The notes under the pieces: model-generated | Databases searched by the model: none | Seen by the model: only the letters and a program-made list of their open reading frames with translations | Told to the model about the DNA's origin: nothing | Translations under genes and position numbers: made by a program | Part shown: in pieces, positions 8,896-18,007 of the stretch | Numbering within the stretch: position 1 is the first letter of the stretch | Layout of the letters: every line of letters starts with the position of its first letter | Assembly (NCBI GenBank): GCA_016783675.1 | Contig: JADHWE010000001.1 | Location: 955 to 64,954 of the forward strand | Direction of reading: 5' to 3' | Origin: Kiritimatiellia bacterium | Lineage (GTDB): Bacteria; Verrucomicrobiota; Kiritimatiellia; UBA8416; JABMPJ01 | Length of the DNA: 64,000 nucleotides

Positions 8896-9031
8896 GCCAG
8901 GGGGAACCTTCCTTGGCTGGAGTCTGCCTTCGGCATCCAAAGGCCTGCGGAAGGTTCCCCCTGGCTTCGTTCGTGTAACAGGTGAGACGTCCTTGGCTGG
9001 AGTCTGCCTTCGGCATCCAAAGGCCTGCGGA
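8896..9031. repeat. Structured repeat immediately 3' of tRNA-Arg: a perfect 17-bp inverted repeat plus a 42-bp direct repeat in two copies
   Basis: GCCAGGGGGAACCTTCC (8896-8912) pairs with GGAAGGTTCCCCCTGGC (8949-8965). TCCTTGGCTGGAGTCTGCCTTCGGCATCCAAAGGCCTGCGGA occurs at 8910-8951 and 8990-9031 (80-bp period, not a multiple of 3). Confidence 0.75.
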
Positions 9032-9175
9032 GGACATCCTTCAGAACAACACCGCTCCGACTTGATTGCCGGGCTGTCTTGTGTCAAGGTCTCCGTCCGC
9101 CAGCCTGCTTCTGCACCAGTCTCAAGGGGAGACATGGACGCGGGGCACTGCACAACCAACAGAAAGGTACCGCAC

Positions 9176-9394
9176 ATGTCTGATTCATCACCGAAGAAAC
9201 GTCTCGTTGCTCTCTTGCTCTGCTTCTTCCTCGGCACTATCGGCATCCACCGCTTCTACGTCGGCAAGGTCGGCACGGGTGTCCTCATGATCCTGACCGC
9301 GGGCGGATTGGGGATCTGGACGCTGATCGATTTCATCATGATCATTGTCGGGTCCTTCAAAGACAAAGAGGGCGCTGTCCTCACCGAGTGGTAG
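9176..9394 (+). CDS. TM2 domain-containing small membrane protein
   Basis: MSDSSPKKRLVALLLCFFLGTIGIHRFYVGKVGTGVLMILTAGGLGIWTLIDFIMII. Start moved to ATG 9176 (AGAAAGG RBS). The track ORF from 8858 reads through the repeat region. Confidence 0.75.
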   Translation: MSDSSPKKRLVALLLCFFLGTIGIHRFYVGKVGTGVLMILTAGGLGIWTLIDFIMIIVGSFKDKEGAVLTEW

Positions 9395-9401
9395 CAGGCC
9401 C

Positions 9402-10382
9402 ATGCGAATCCTGTTTATAGGTGGAACGGGCAATATTTCCACCGACTGCGCAGCGGTACTGGCCGGCCGGGGCCACAACGTGGGGGTCTTTTCGCGAGGC
9501 CACCATGCGATCCCGGCGGGCTATGCCGACCTGCGCGGTGACCGCCACGACAGCGACGATCTGCGCGCAGCGGCTGACACGTTTGCGCCGGACGTCGTAA
9601 TCAACTTCCTGGGGTTCGTGCCGGAAGATGTCGCCCGTGACGCGAAGGTGTTCGGCACGGCGATCACCCAGTACATCTTCATCAGCTCGGCGACCGTCTA
9701 TGCCAAGCCGCACACGGCGCTGCCGCTGACCGAGACATCGCCGGTGGGCAACCCGTTCACCGCCTATGCACAGAAGAAGCAAGCCTGTGAGGAGTGGCTG
9801 CGGGAGCGGGCGGAGACCGACGACTTCCCTGTCACGATCGTGCGCCCCTCGCACACCTACTCGCCACATTGGATACCCAACCCGGTCAGCAGCGCCGGTT
9901 TCACGTTTGCCGCCCGGCTGCGACAGGGCAAGCCGGTCTTCGTCCATGGCAACGGCGAAAGCCTGTGGACACTGACCGCCACTTCCGATTTTGCGGCCGG
10001 GCTCGCCGGGCTGGCCGGACTCAAGAGCGCCATCGGCGACACCTATCACATCACGTCTGACGAGGCGCTGACCTGGAACCAGATCTATGCCGAAACGGCA
10101 GCCGCGCTGGGCGTGGAGGAGACGACTGTCATCAAGGTCCCGTTGGAACGCATCGCCGAGATCGACCCGGACTACGCTCTGCAACTGAAAGGCGACAAGG
10201 CCGAATCGGGCGTCTTCGACAATACGAAGATCAAGCAGGCTGTCCCCGGATTTGAATGCCGCAAGTCGTTCCGGGAAGGAATCCGCGAAGCCGTCGCGTG
10301 GTTCGATGCCGACCCCGCTCGCCAGACCATCAACCCGGACGCCGACGCAACCTTCGACCGGATCACGTCAAAGGCCCACTGA
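9402..10382 (+). CDS. NAD-dependent epimerase/dehydratase (extended SDR) family protein
   Basis: MRILFIGGTGNIS Rossmann motif at the chosen start. About 326 aa. Confidence 0.7.
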   Translation: MRILFIGGTGNISTDCAAVLAGRGHNVGVFSRGHHAIPAGYADLRGDRHDSDDLRAAADTFAPDVVINFLGFVPEDVARDAKVFGTAITQYIFISSATVYAKPHTALPLTETSPVGNPFTAYAQKKQACEEWLRERAETDDFPVTIVRPSHTYSPHWIPNPVSSAGFTFAARLRQGKPVFVHGNGESLWTLTATSDFAAGLAGLAGLKSAIGDTYHITSDEALTWNQIYAETAAALGVEETTVIKVPLERIAEIDPDYALQLKGDKAESGVFDNTKIKQAVPGFECRKSFREGIREAVAWFDADPARQTINPDADATFDRITSKAH

Positions 10383-10485
10383 CTACTGAACACCGATCAC
10401 TGAACACTGGATGCTCCGCGACAGTGAAGGATGCCCCTCGGGTTCCCCTCTTGAATGCTTCAAGGGATCAGCCTATCGTAACGGC

Positions 10486-11994
10486 ATGCCTGTTGCTGCC
10501 ATCAAGCCTTTTATACTCGCGCTCGACCAGGGGACGACCAGCTCGCGAGCGATCGTGTTTGGCGGGGACGGGCGCATCGTCGCTACGTCGCAGCAGGAAT
10601 TCGAGCAGATCTTTCCGCAGCACGGCTGGGTTGAGCATGATGCCGCGGAGATCTGGCGGACGCAGCTCGGGACGGCGCGGGACGTGCTGAAACAGGCAGA
10701 ACTGCACGCCGAGGACATTGCCGCGATCGCCATCACGAACCAGCGTGAGACGGTGGTTGTGTGGGACAGAGAAACCGGAACGCCCATCGCCAACGCGATC
10801 GTCTGGCAGGATCGCCGCACGGCCGACCAGACCGACGCGTTGAAAACCGACCAGGCTAGCCGTCTTATCCGCGAGCGCACAGGACTGCTTCCGGATCCCT
10901 ACTTCTCGGCCAGCAAGATCCGCTGGTTGCTGGATCACGTGGACGGGGCTCGCGACGCCGCGCGCGCCGGCCGTCTGGCCTGCGGCACAATCGATTCCTG
11001 GCTGCTATACAATCTCACGGGTGGCGCACGCCACGCCACAGATGTCTCCAACGCCAGTCGAACAATGCTCTTCGATATCCACCGCCTGGCGTGGGACGAT
11101 GAGCTGCTCGACCTATTCGACATACCGCGGACCATGCTGCCCGAGGTCGTCCCGAGCAGCAGCATCGCGGGGCATGCGATCGCCGACATTCTGGGCAAGG
11201 AAACACCGATTGCCGGCATCGTCGGCGACCAACAGGCCGCGCTCTTCGGACAGCTCTGCGTATCGCCGGGTATGATCAAAAGCACCTATGGCACGGGGTG
11301 TTTCATGCTGGTCAACACCGGCGCCGAAGCGATCGAGAGCCGTTCCGACCTGCTCACCACGATCGCCTGGCAGATCGAAGGCCAACCCGTGCAGTACGCC
11401 CTCGAAGGCAGCGTCTTCATCGGCGGCGCGGCGATTCAGTGGCTGCGTGACGGACTGGGCATCATCGACAGCGCTCCCGCCGTCAACGAACTCGGTGCGT
11501 CCGTGGATGACTGCGGCGGCGTGTGCGTGGTTCCGGCCTTCGTCGGTCTCGGTGCCCCCCACTGGGATCCGTCCGCGCGCGGGAGCATTCACGGCATCAC
11601 GCGCGGCACCACGGCGGCCCACATCGCCCGGGCCACACTCGAGGGAATCGCCTTCCAGGTCGCCGACGTGATGGATGCCATGGCATCCGACATGGGCGTC
11701 TCGATTGCAGGATTCCGCGTCGACGGCGGCGCCGCCGCGAGCGACCTGCTCATGCAGATCCAGGCCGATCTGGCCGGCATCGAATGTCATCGGCCCGAAA
11801 TCACCGAAACCACGGCACTCGGTGCGGCATACCTGGCGGGACTGGCGATTGGGATATGGCCCGAGATGGAATCCCTCACGGCGACGGAGCAACAGTACCG
11901 GGTCTTCCGTCCGACCACCGATAAGCCCACACGCGAAGCACGGCGCACGCAATGGCGCCGGGCCGTCGAACGCAGCAAGCACTGGGTCGAATGA
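10486..11994 (+). CDS. glpK: Glycerol kinase
   Basis: [17 protein letters not shown]...[18 protein letters not shown]...[12 protein letters not shown]... full-length FGGY kinase. Start moved to MPVAAIK. Confidence 0.9.
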   Translation: MPVAAIKPFILALDQGTTSSRAIVFGGDGRIVATSQQEFEQIFPQHGWVEHDAAEIWRTQLGTARDVLKQAELHAEDIAAIAITNQRETVVVWDRETGTPIANAIVWQDRRTADQTDALKTDQASRLIRERTGLLPDPYFSASKIRWLLDHVDGARDAARAGRLACGTIDSWLLYNLTGGARHATDVSNASRTMLFDIHRLAWDDELLDLFDIPRTMLPEVVPSSSIAGHAIADILGKETPIAGIVGDQQAALFGQLCVSPGMIKSTYGTGCFMLVNTGAEAIESRSDLLTTIAWQIEGQPVQYALEGSVFIGGAAIQWLRDGLGIIDSAPAVNELGASVDDCGGVCVVPAFVGLGAPHWDPSARGSIHGITRGTTAAHIARATLEGIAFQVADVMDAMASDMGVSIAGFRVDGGAAASDLLMQIQADLAGIECHRPEITETTALGAAYLAGLAIGIWPEMESLTATEQQYRVFRPTTDKPTREARRTQWRRAVERSKHWVE

Positions 11995-12956
11995 ACGTGC
12001 TCCTGAGATTCTTCCTGTCGATCGGACTCATCGTCGTCAGTGCGGTGGCGGGCTACCTGGCACGGCAACGCACATGGGTGAGCGAATCCGCGGCCACACC
12101 AATCATGACCGTGGTCACAGTAGTGGCTTATCCGCTGGTCGGATTGATGGCCATCTGGGGTGCGCCGCTTCAGTGGTCGGACGCTTGGCTGCCGCTGCTG
12201 GGCGGAACGCAGGCCACGTTGATGGCATTGATTGCGCTGGGGATCGGGCGCAGGCTCTTCCCCGACCGCGCCGAGCGCGGGATGGTCGGCATCAGCTCCG
12301 GCATCGGCAATCATGGGGTGACCATGGCCGGTTTCGCGGTCTACCTGCTCTTCGGGGCTGACGGGTTGGGAATCAGCACGGTTTACGCGATCTACACCTT
12401 CTTTGCGCTGGTGTTGCTGTCCTACACCATCGCCCAGCGCTTCGCGCCCGGGACGGAACAACGGTCGCTCCTGCGCTTGATGGCCACCAACCTGCTACAC
12501 TGGCGCGCCACGGGGCTCTACAGTTGTATAGCGGCCATCCTCCTGACCTGTGGCGGTGTGCCCGCGCCACGCCAGATACACACGTGGCATCTGCTCGATA
12601 GCTGCGTCTACATTCTCATTGTCTTGTCGTACTTCGCCATCGGGCTGCGGTTGCACCTGCCGCACATCGCACGGGTCAAGCGAGGGATCTTGTGCGTCAT
12701 CGGCGTGCGCCACGGGATTGGCCTGCTCCTCGGCTTCACGTTGGTCGGCATCACATGGCTGTCTCCCTGGCCACTTCGGGATCTGTCGCTCAAGGTATTC
12801 CTGCTGCAGTCTTCCGTTCCCATGGGCGTCATGGGCGTTGCCGTCGCCAATATGTTTCACCTCAAACCAGGCGAAGCGTCCGCCATCTTCGTCGTCTCCT
12901 CCCTTGTCTACCTCATCCTTGGTCTCCCGCTCCTGCTCTGGATTTTCACCGGATAG
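11991..12956 (+). CDS. Auxin-efflux-carrier (AEC) family membrane transporter
   Basis: About 321 aa, about 10 [26 protein letters not shown]-terminus. ATGA overlap with the glpK stop. The family call rests on length, topology and general resemblance only. Confidence 0.5.
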   Translation: MNVLLRFFLSIGLIVVSAVAGYLARQRTWVSESAATPIMTVVTVVAYPLVGLMAIWGAPLQWSDAWLPLLGGTQATLMALIALGIGRRLFPDRAERGMVGISSGIGNHGVTMAGFAVYLLFGADGLGISTVYAIYTFFALVLLSYTIAQRFAPGTEQRSLLRLMATNLLHWRATGLYSCIAAILLTCGGVPAPRQIHTWHLLDSCVYILIVLSYFAIGLRLHLPHIARVKRGILCVIGVRHGIGLLLGFTLVGITWLSPWPLRDLSLKVFLLQSSVPMGVMGVAVANMFHLKPGEASAIFVVSSLVYLILGLPLLLWIFTG

Positions 12957-13042
12957 AATCCCGTTAACCACGAAGGACACGAAGGTAACGAAGGGGCTCG
13001 TCGTCCGCAGAGATGACGTGGATGTGCTACAATACAGGCGCG

Positions 13043-14212
13043 ATGACACGCACGATTCTACATGTGGATATGGACGCCTTCTTTACGTCCGTGGAGCAAC
13101 GCGACCGGCCGGAACTGCGCGGCAAACCGGTTGTGGTTGGCGCGCCGCCGGACCAGCGTGGCGTGGTGGCGGCCGCATCCTATGCAGCCCGCACATTCGG
13201 CGTCCATTCGGCCATGCCGTCGCGCGAGGCCTTTCAGCGCTGTCCACAGGCGGTCTTTCTGCCGCCCGACGGTGAGCGGTACGATGAGGCGTCGCGCCAG
13301 ATCCGCGAGATCTTCGAGCGCTTCACACCGCTGGTTGAGCCGCTCTCAGTCGACGAGGCGTTTCTTGATGTCACGGGAGTGATCCATCTCTTCGGCGACG
13401 GCGAACAGATCGCGCGTCAGATCAAGGACACCATCCGCGCCGAGACGCAGCTAACCGCCTCGGCCGGGGTCGCACCCAACAAGTTCCTCGCCAAGCTCGC
13501 CAGCGACATGGACAAGCCGGACGGACTGACAGTCGTTCCCACCGATCCCGACGAGATAGCGGCTTTCCTCGCCCCCCTACCTGTGGGACGTATCTGGGGT
13601 GTCGGCAAAGTGTCCCAACGTCATCTCGAGCAATCCGGCATCCACACCATCGGCCAAATCCAGTCGTTCGATCCGCAACGCCTGGCCAGGATTCTCGGTC
13701 AACATGGCGCCGCACATCTCCACCATCTCGCCTTCGGCCGGGACGAGCGCGAGGTAGAGACCGAACACGAGGAGAAGAGCATCTCGAACGAGCACACGTT
13801 CACGCACGACTGCCGCGACTATGACGAAATCCGGTCCGTCCTGATGAACCTGACCGACAAAGTGGGAAGCCGCCTACGCGCCTCCGGCAAGATCGCCGGT
13901 CTAGCCCGCCTCAAACTGCGCTGGCAAGGCTTCGAGACTATCACCCGTCAGCGGCCCATGAACCCTCCCGCCTGCGACGACTTCAGCCTGCGCGCCATGG
14001 CTACGGAACTGTTCGACAACGAAGAGCTCATCAAGCCCGTCCGCCTCGTCGGCTTTGGCGTCAGTAACCTAACCACCGAATCCCCCGCCCAACTCTCGCT
14101 CCTCATGGACGAGGAGAAGGAGCGCCTGCGCAACGAACGCCTAAGCCACACCGTAGACACCCTTCGCCAAGCCTTCGGCCCGGCGAGCATTCGGCGGGGC
14201 TCAGAAAAGTAG
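13043..14212 (+). CDS. dinB: DNA polymerase IV (Y-family)
   Basis: MTRTILHVDMDAFFTSVEQRDRPELRGKPVVVG...SVDEAFLDVTG. Confidence 0.9.
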   Translation: MTRTILHVDMDAFFTSVEQRDRPELRGKPVVVGAPPDQRGVVAAASYAARTFGVHSAMPSREAFQRCPQAVFLPPDGERYDEASRQIREIFERFTPLVEPLSVDEAFLDVTGVIHLFGDGEQIARQIKDTIRAETQLTASAGVAPNKFLAKLASDMDKPDGLTVVPTDPDEIAAFLAPLPVGRIWGVGKVSQRHLEQSGIHTIGQIQSFDPQRLARILGQHGAAHLHHLAFGRDEREVETEHEEKSISNEHTFTHDCRDYDEIRSVLMNLTDKVGSRLRASGKIAGLARLKLRWQGFETITRQRPMNPPACDDFSLRAMATELFDNEELIKPVRLVGFGVSNLTTESPAQLSLLMDEEKERLRNERLSHTVDTLRQAFGPASIRRGSEK

Positions 14213-14522
14213 CAGCCGCAGATCGTTCAGGAGTTCTTCCTCCTATCGAGGCCGTCATATACATTCCGAAACAGGGGGGCGTATCTCCCGGTTAGCAGCT
14301 TCATAGCTTCTTCAACGGTTGACTCTGCGTACGTGTGACTCCGTTCGAATTGCTCATCTCCAACTCCTCGCCGGCAGGCAAACACCCTCCGCCCCCTTAG
14401 AGCAAGCGTTCGACCTAAACGGGGAATCGAGTTGATCCCCTGCGCCTGAGGGGCGATAGTGCCCAGAGTTGCAGCGTGGACATCGCTGCACGAATGGATC
14501 GACAGAGAGGAGAGGATTCACC

Positions 14523-15464
14523 ATGTCACCCGTAATCCATACCGACGCACTGCGGAAAGACTATGGCTCACTGGTCGCCGTGCGGGATGTGAGCATCCGC
14601 GTTGACGCCGGGCAGGTCGTCGGCTTGATCGGGCCCAACGGGGCCGGCAAGACCACACTGCTGCGAATGCTGGGCACACTGCTCTCCCCCACGTCAGGAA
14701 GCGCGTCTGTTCTGGGCTGCGACGTTCAGCGTGAGTACTTGGGTATTCGGAAGCGCATCGGGTATCTCCCGGACTTCTTCAATCTCTACAAGGATCTCAC
14801 TCTCAGAGAATGCCTCATGTTTTTTGCCCGCGCCTACGGCGCCGATGAAGCTACGGCCAGGCAGCGCGGCAATACGGCACTGGAGTATGTCAACCTGACC
14901 GATAAGGCCGATAGCCTCATTCGCCATCTGTCGCGCGGCATGGTGCAACGTCTTGGCGTGGCGTCCCTCATCGTGCATGAGCCGGATCTCTTCCTGTTGG
15001 ATGAACCTGCATCCGGGCTGGATCCGGAGGCAAGGATCGGGTTACGCCGAGTCTTGAAGAAGCTGAGCGAAGAAGGGCGAACGGTGGTTATCTCGTCTCA
15101 CATTCTGACAGAGCTATCCGGCTTCTGTTCGCACATCGCCATCATGAACAAGGGCAAGATGGAAGTGTTCGGAGACGTGGACGAGGTGCAGAGACGTGCA
15201 GCCGGAGCAAACCGACTGCGCATATCCGTCCTGGACGATGCGGACAAGGCCGCTCACGTCATTGAGGCCTCGGAGCTTTACACGCTCGCATCATCGGACG
15301 GCAATGACCTTATCGTAACGGCCCCCGACGACCGCAGCGCCCTGGCGCAACTTAACCGGCAGCTCGTGGAAGCCGGAGTCGACGTCGTGACGTTTGCGAC
15401 GGAGGAGATGAGCCTCGAAGATGTCTTCGTTCAGATCTCAGGTCAGGAGGGCGACAATGTTTAA
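14523..15464 (+). CDS. ABC transporter ATP-binding protein (ABC-2/DrrA-like, with C-terminal extension)
   Basis: Walker A GPNGAGKTT, signature LSRGMVQRL, Walker B LFLLDEP. GAGAGGAGAGG RBS before ATG 14523. Confidence 0.85.
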   Translation: MSPVIHTDALRKDYGSLVAVRDVSIRVDAGQVVGLIGPNGAGKTTLLRMLGTLLSPTSGSASVLGCDVQREYLGIRKRIGYLPDFFNLYKDLTLRECLMFFARAYGADEATARQRGNTALEYVNLTDKADSLIRHLSRGMVQRLGVASLIVHEPDLFLLDEPASGLDPEARIGLRRVLKKLSEEGRTVVISSHILTELSGFCSHIAIMNKGKMEVFGDVDEVQRRAAGANRLRISVLDDADKAAHVIEASELYTLASSDGNDLIVTAPDDRSALAQLNRQLVEAGVDVVTFATEEMSLEDVFVQISGQEGDNV

Positions 15465-16875
15465 CAACCCACTCATTGAACGCTTCCGCTACAGCCTGAT
15501 GCGTCCACGACAGTTTGGTATCTATGTCGGCATTTATGTCACGATAGCGGCCTTGATGTTCCTGATCACCCTGGCGGCTTACAGCGAAGCCAACGGTGTT
15601 GACATCGATGGCATGTGCGGGTCGTTGTTCGCGCAGTTCGCCACGCTCCAGATCCTGGTGCTTTGGGTATGGACCTCCATCAACGTGGGGTCTGCCATAC
15701 GTGACGAGAGACGGGACAAGTCATACGACTTCTTCAAACTCCTCCCCCTTCCCCCGTGGAAGAAGGCGGTGGGCATCGTGGTTGGCAAGAACCTGGTGGC
15801 CTACTTGTTGGGCGGGATCACCTTTGTCCTGATCGTCCCAAGCGGCCTGCTGGCCTCGATTCCGGCTCGCGTTCTGGGGGAGTTGATATTCCTGATTCTG
15901 AGCATCGGTGTCGTCATCAACCTTCTCGCGCTCCTGGCTTCGGTTGCCCAGCGCCCGAGCGAGCACCAACGTACAACATCTCCGATCGTGACCGTGTTCC
16001 TCGGGTTCATGTTGATCGGCCCCTTCATCAGTATCGTGGCCAGCCTCATAGACACGGACAAGATCAAGGACTTCACGATTCCCTTCATGGCATGGGAGAC
16101 CCGGGGCCTGGTTCTCATTGGCGCCATTGCCCTGTACCTTGGCGTATGGGCTTTCAAGGGAGTCTGTCGTCAGTTCCGCATCGAGCAGGCACCCCTGTTC
16201 ACGGCCGGCGGAGCAATCGGGTTCGTGTGTGGCGCCTTGCTGATCTTGCTCGGCCTGTTCATGCCGCATGTCAAGGATGCCAGCGCAGAAGCGTTCTGCA
16301 TCACGTTCTGGGGGCTCGCGCTGGGCCTGTCAACACTGGTAGGCGTCGGCGCATTCCGCCCGTTCAACAGCTACATCGAGGAACTCGCAGCAGAACCGGC
16401 GGCGCCACGTGGACTGACCGGCTTCACACTGAAGAAGTCCAACTTGCGAGTTGTGTTCGTCACATTGATCCTCGCGCTGGTGGCTGGGATTCCGTGTGGG
16501 CTGGTCTGTGGCATCTCATTTGCCCAGGTTTCTTTATGGACCTTCACGCTTGCGCTATTTGCGCTCTTCTACGCACTCCTCTTCGAGCTCGTACAGGTCT
16601 ACCGGCCGGTCACCCCCAAGATTCATATCCTGCTCATCTTCATTGGCCTGCTGCACGCCATCCTCCCCTTAATTCTCGCCGGCGTGTTTGACAGCAGCGA
16701 TTTTGCGGTAGGCAGTCCCCTGGGGTACTTCGGCGTTCTATACGACTCCACGGAGAGAGAGGGGAACTCCATGAACTGGACCTGGGTGCTGAACCTGATC
16801 CTCTGCGTCATCACCTTCGCCATGATTGCCCGGCGATACAGAACCGCACTACTCAAGGAAGGAAAGAAGACATGA
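15457..16875 (+). CDS. Divergent ABC-2-type permease-like polytopic membrane protein
   Basis: About 472 aa, 10 or more TM. IRDERRDKSYDFFKLLPLPPWKKAVGIVVGK loosely resembles the ABC-2 E-x-E-x-GT-x-E...P...GK loop. Overlaps the ATPase stop by 8 nt. Confidence 0.55.
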   Translation: MFNNPLIERFRYSLMRPRQFGIYVGIYVTIAALMFLITLAAYSEANGVDIDGMCGSLFAQFATLQILVLWVWTSINVGSAIRDERRDKSYDFFKLLPLPPWKKAVGIVVGKNLVAYLLGGITFVLIVPSGLLASIPARVLGELIFLILSIGVVINLLALLASVAQRPSEHQRTTSPIVTVFLGFMLIGPFISIVASLIDTDKIKDFTIPFMAWETRGLVLIGAIALYLGVWAFKGVCRQFRIEQAPLFTAGGAIGFVCGALLILLGLFMPHVKDASAEAFCITFWGLALGLSTLVGVGAFRPFNSYIEELAAEPAAPRGLTGFTLKKSNLRVVFVTLILALVAGIPCGLVCGISFAQVSLWTFTLALFALFYALLFELVQVYRPVTPKIHILLIFIGLLHAILPLILAGVFDSSDFAVGSPLGYFGVLYDSTEREGNSMNWTWVLNLILCVITFAMIARRYRTALLKEGKKT

Positions 16876-17336
16876 TCTTCGGCCAGAGTGACGACCGGTA
16901 CGAGAACCTGCACGGCCGGCCGTGGGATCGGGCGTTCGAGTTTCTTGCCGGGCTCTACGGCGATGCGGAGGAAGGGCGCTACACGCTCGACGGGGATGCG
17001 ATGTACGCCGTCGTCGACAGCTACGAAACCCGCACACCAGAAAGTGCGCGGCCCGAAGCACACCGCGACTACATCGATATCCAGGTTGTGCTTGCCGGCC
17101 ACGAACAGATTGCCTGGTGGTCCACGCCCGGCCTCGAAGTGGTAAAGCCCTACGACCCCGAGAAGGACATCGTCTTCTTCGATCGACCCGACGTCACCGG
17201 CGCAACCCTCGACATGATCCCGGGCCGTTTCGCCGTCTTCTTCCCCGGCGACGCGCATATGCCCTGCCTGCAAGCCGACGCGGGGCCCACCCCCGTCAAG
17301 AAAGTCGTCATCAAGATACGGAGGCAAGACACGTGA
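16872..17336 (+). CDS. YhcH/YjgK/YiaL (DUF386) family protein
   Basis: 154 aa. EAHRDYIDIQVVLAGHEQIAW...GRFAVFFPGDAHMPC cupin-like signature. ATGA overlap with the upstream permease. Confidence 0.7.
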   Translation: MIFGQSDDRYENLHGRPWDRAFEFLAGLYGDAEEGRYTLDGDAMYAVVDSYETRTPESARPEAHRDYIDIQVVLAGHEQIAWWSTPGLEVVKPYDPEKDIVFFDRPDVTGATLDMIPGRFAVFFPGDAHMPCLQADAGPTPVKKVVIKIRRQDT

Positions 17337-17546
17337 GCGAGACCAAGGTAGAGCACCCCCTCTCCCCGGAAGGCCTCGAAAATCCGGCATCAGAAAAATC
17401 GTGAAAAACATGCAGAAAGGGGGTTGCATTCCGTGACGGAATCGGTCATCGTCCTATTGCGGTCAGATCTGGCCGCGCCGATCTTCGCGTTCTGTCATCG
17501 AGCAAGAGGCGGGTAATTGAGTTGGATGACAGATGAAGGAGATATC

Positions 17547-17900
17547 ATGGATATCTACGTTGGAAACCTTCCTTACGAGGTAGGAGATAGTCAGCTGCAG
17601 GAATTGTTCACACCGCATGGGACCGTTACGTCCGCGCGTGTAATCATGGATCGGATGACCGATCGCTCCAAGGGCTTCGGCTTCGTGGAGATGCCGGACA
17701 AGGCCGAGGCCAATGCGGCCATCAACGCCTTGAACGAGACGGACATCGGCGGCCGCAAGCTGCGCGTTAACGAGTCCCAGCCCAAGCCTCGCGGCGGCGG
17801 CGGTGGCGGCGGTTACGGCGGTGGCGGTGGCGGCGGCGGTCGTGGCGGCGGCTACGGCGGCGGCGGTGGCGGTGGTGGTCGCGGCGGAGATCGCTGGTAG
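17547..17900 (+). CDS. RRM-type RNA-binding protein with a Gly/Arg/Tyr-rich tail
   Basis: RNP2 IYVGNL, RNP1 KGFGFVEM, then PRGGGGGGGYGGGGGGGGRGGGYGGGGGGGGRGGDRW. GAAGGAGAT RBS before ATG 17547. Confidence 0.9.
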   Translation: MDIYVGNLPYEVGDSQLQELFTPHGTVTSARVIMDRMTDRSKGFGFVEMPDKAEANAAINALNETDIGGRKLRVNESQPKPRGGGGGGGYGGGGGGGGRGGGYGGGGGGGGRGGDRW

Positions 17901-17925
17901 ACCCTACTGCGAGCAATCGCGTTAA

Positions 17926-17957
17926 GAAGGGCGCGCTTCGGCGTGCCCTTCTTTTTT
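17926..17957 (+). terminator. Rho-independent terminator after the RRM gene
   Basis: GAAGGGCGCGC-TTCG-GCGTGCCCTTC (11-bp stem, UUCG loop) followed by TTTTTT. Confidence 0.8.
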
Positions 17958-18007
17958 ATTGCCTGTGAGGCGTCAGCCTGCACGCATCAAGTGACGGGGA
18001 CGCATCA

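Noticed and set aside
8910-9031. Possible mini-CRISPR array (42-bp repeat, 38-bp spacer, 42-bp repeat)
   Set aside because: There are only two repeats and no cas genes in 64 kb. The first repeat is embedded in a perfect 17-bp outer stem that is not part of the repeat. It is better described as a structured intergenic repeat.
12055-12072. Additional TGGCAC-N5-xxGC sigma-54-like matches inside genes (for example 12057 within the AEC transporter and about 25690 within sufU)
   Set aside because: They are intragenic, lack the TTGC -12 element and have no upstream activator context. Matches like these are expected by chance in GC-rich sequence.
14213-14522. 53-codon GTG-initiated minus-strand ORF (…EQFERSHTYAESTVEEAMKLLTGRYAPLFRNVYDGLDRRKNS) as a small gene or toxin-antitoxin remnant
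   Set aside because: It has no ATG. The GGAGG abuts the GTG with no spacing. I can name no recognisable family. It is kept only as a note within the spacer finding.
17790-17890. (GGC/GGT)n tract as a microsatellite or contingency locus
   Set aside because: It is in frame and encodes the Gly/Tyr/Arg tail of the RRM protein. The codons are mixed (GGC/GGT/GGA, interspersed TAC/CGT) rather than a pure slippage-prone repeat.
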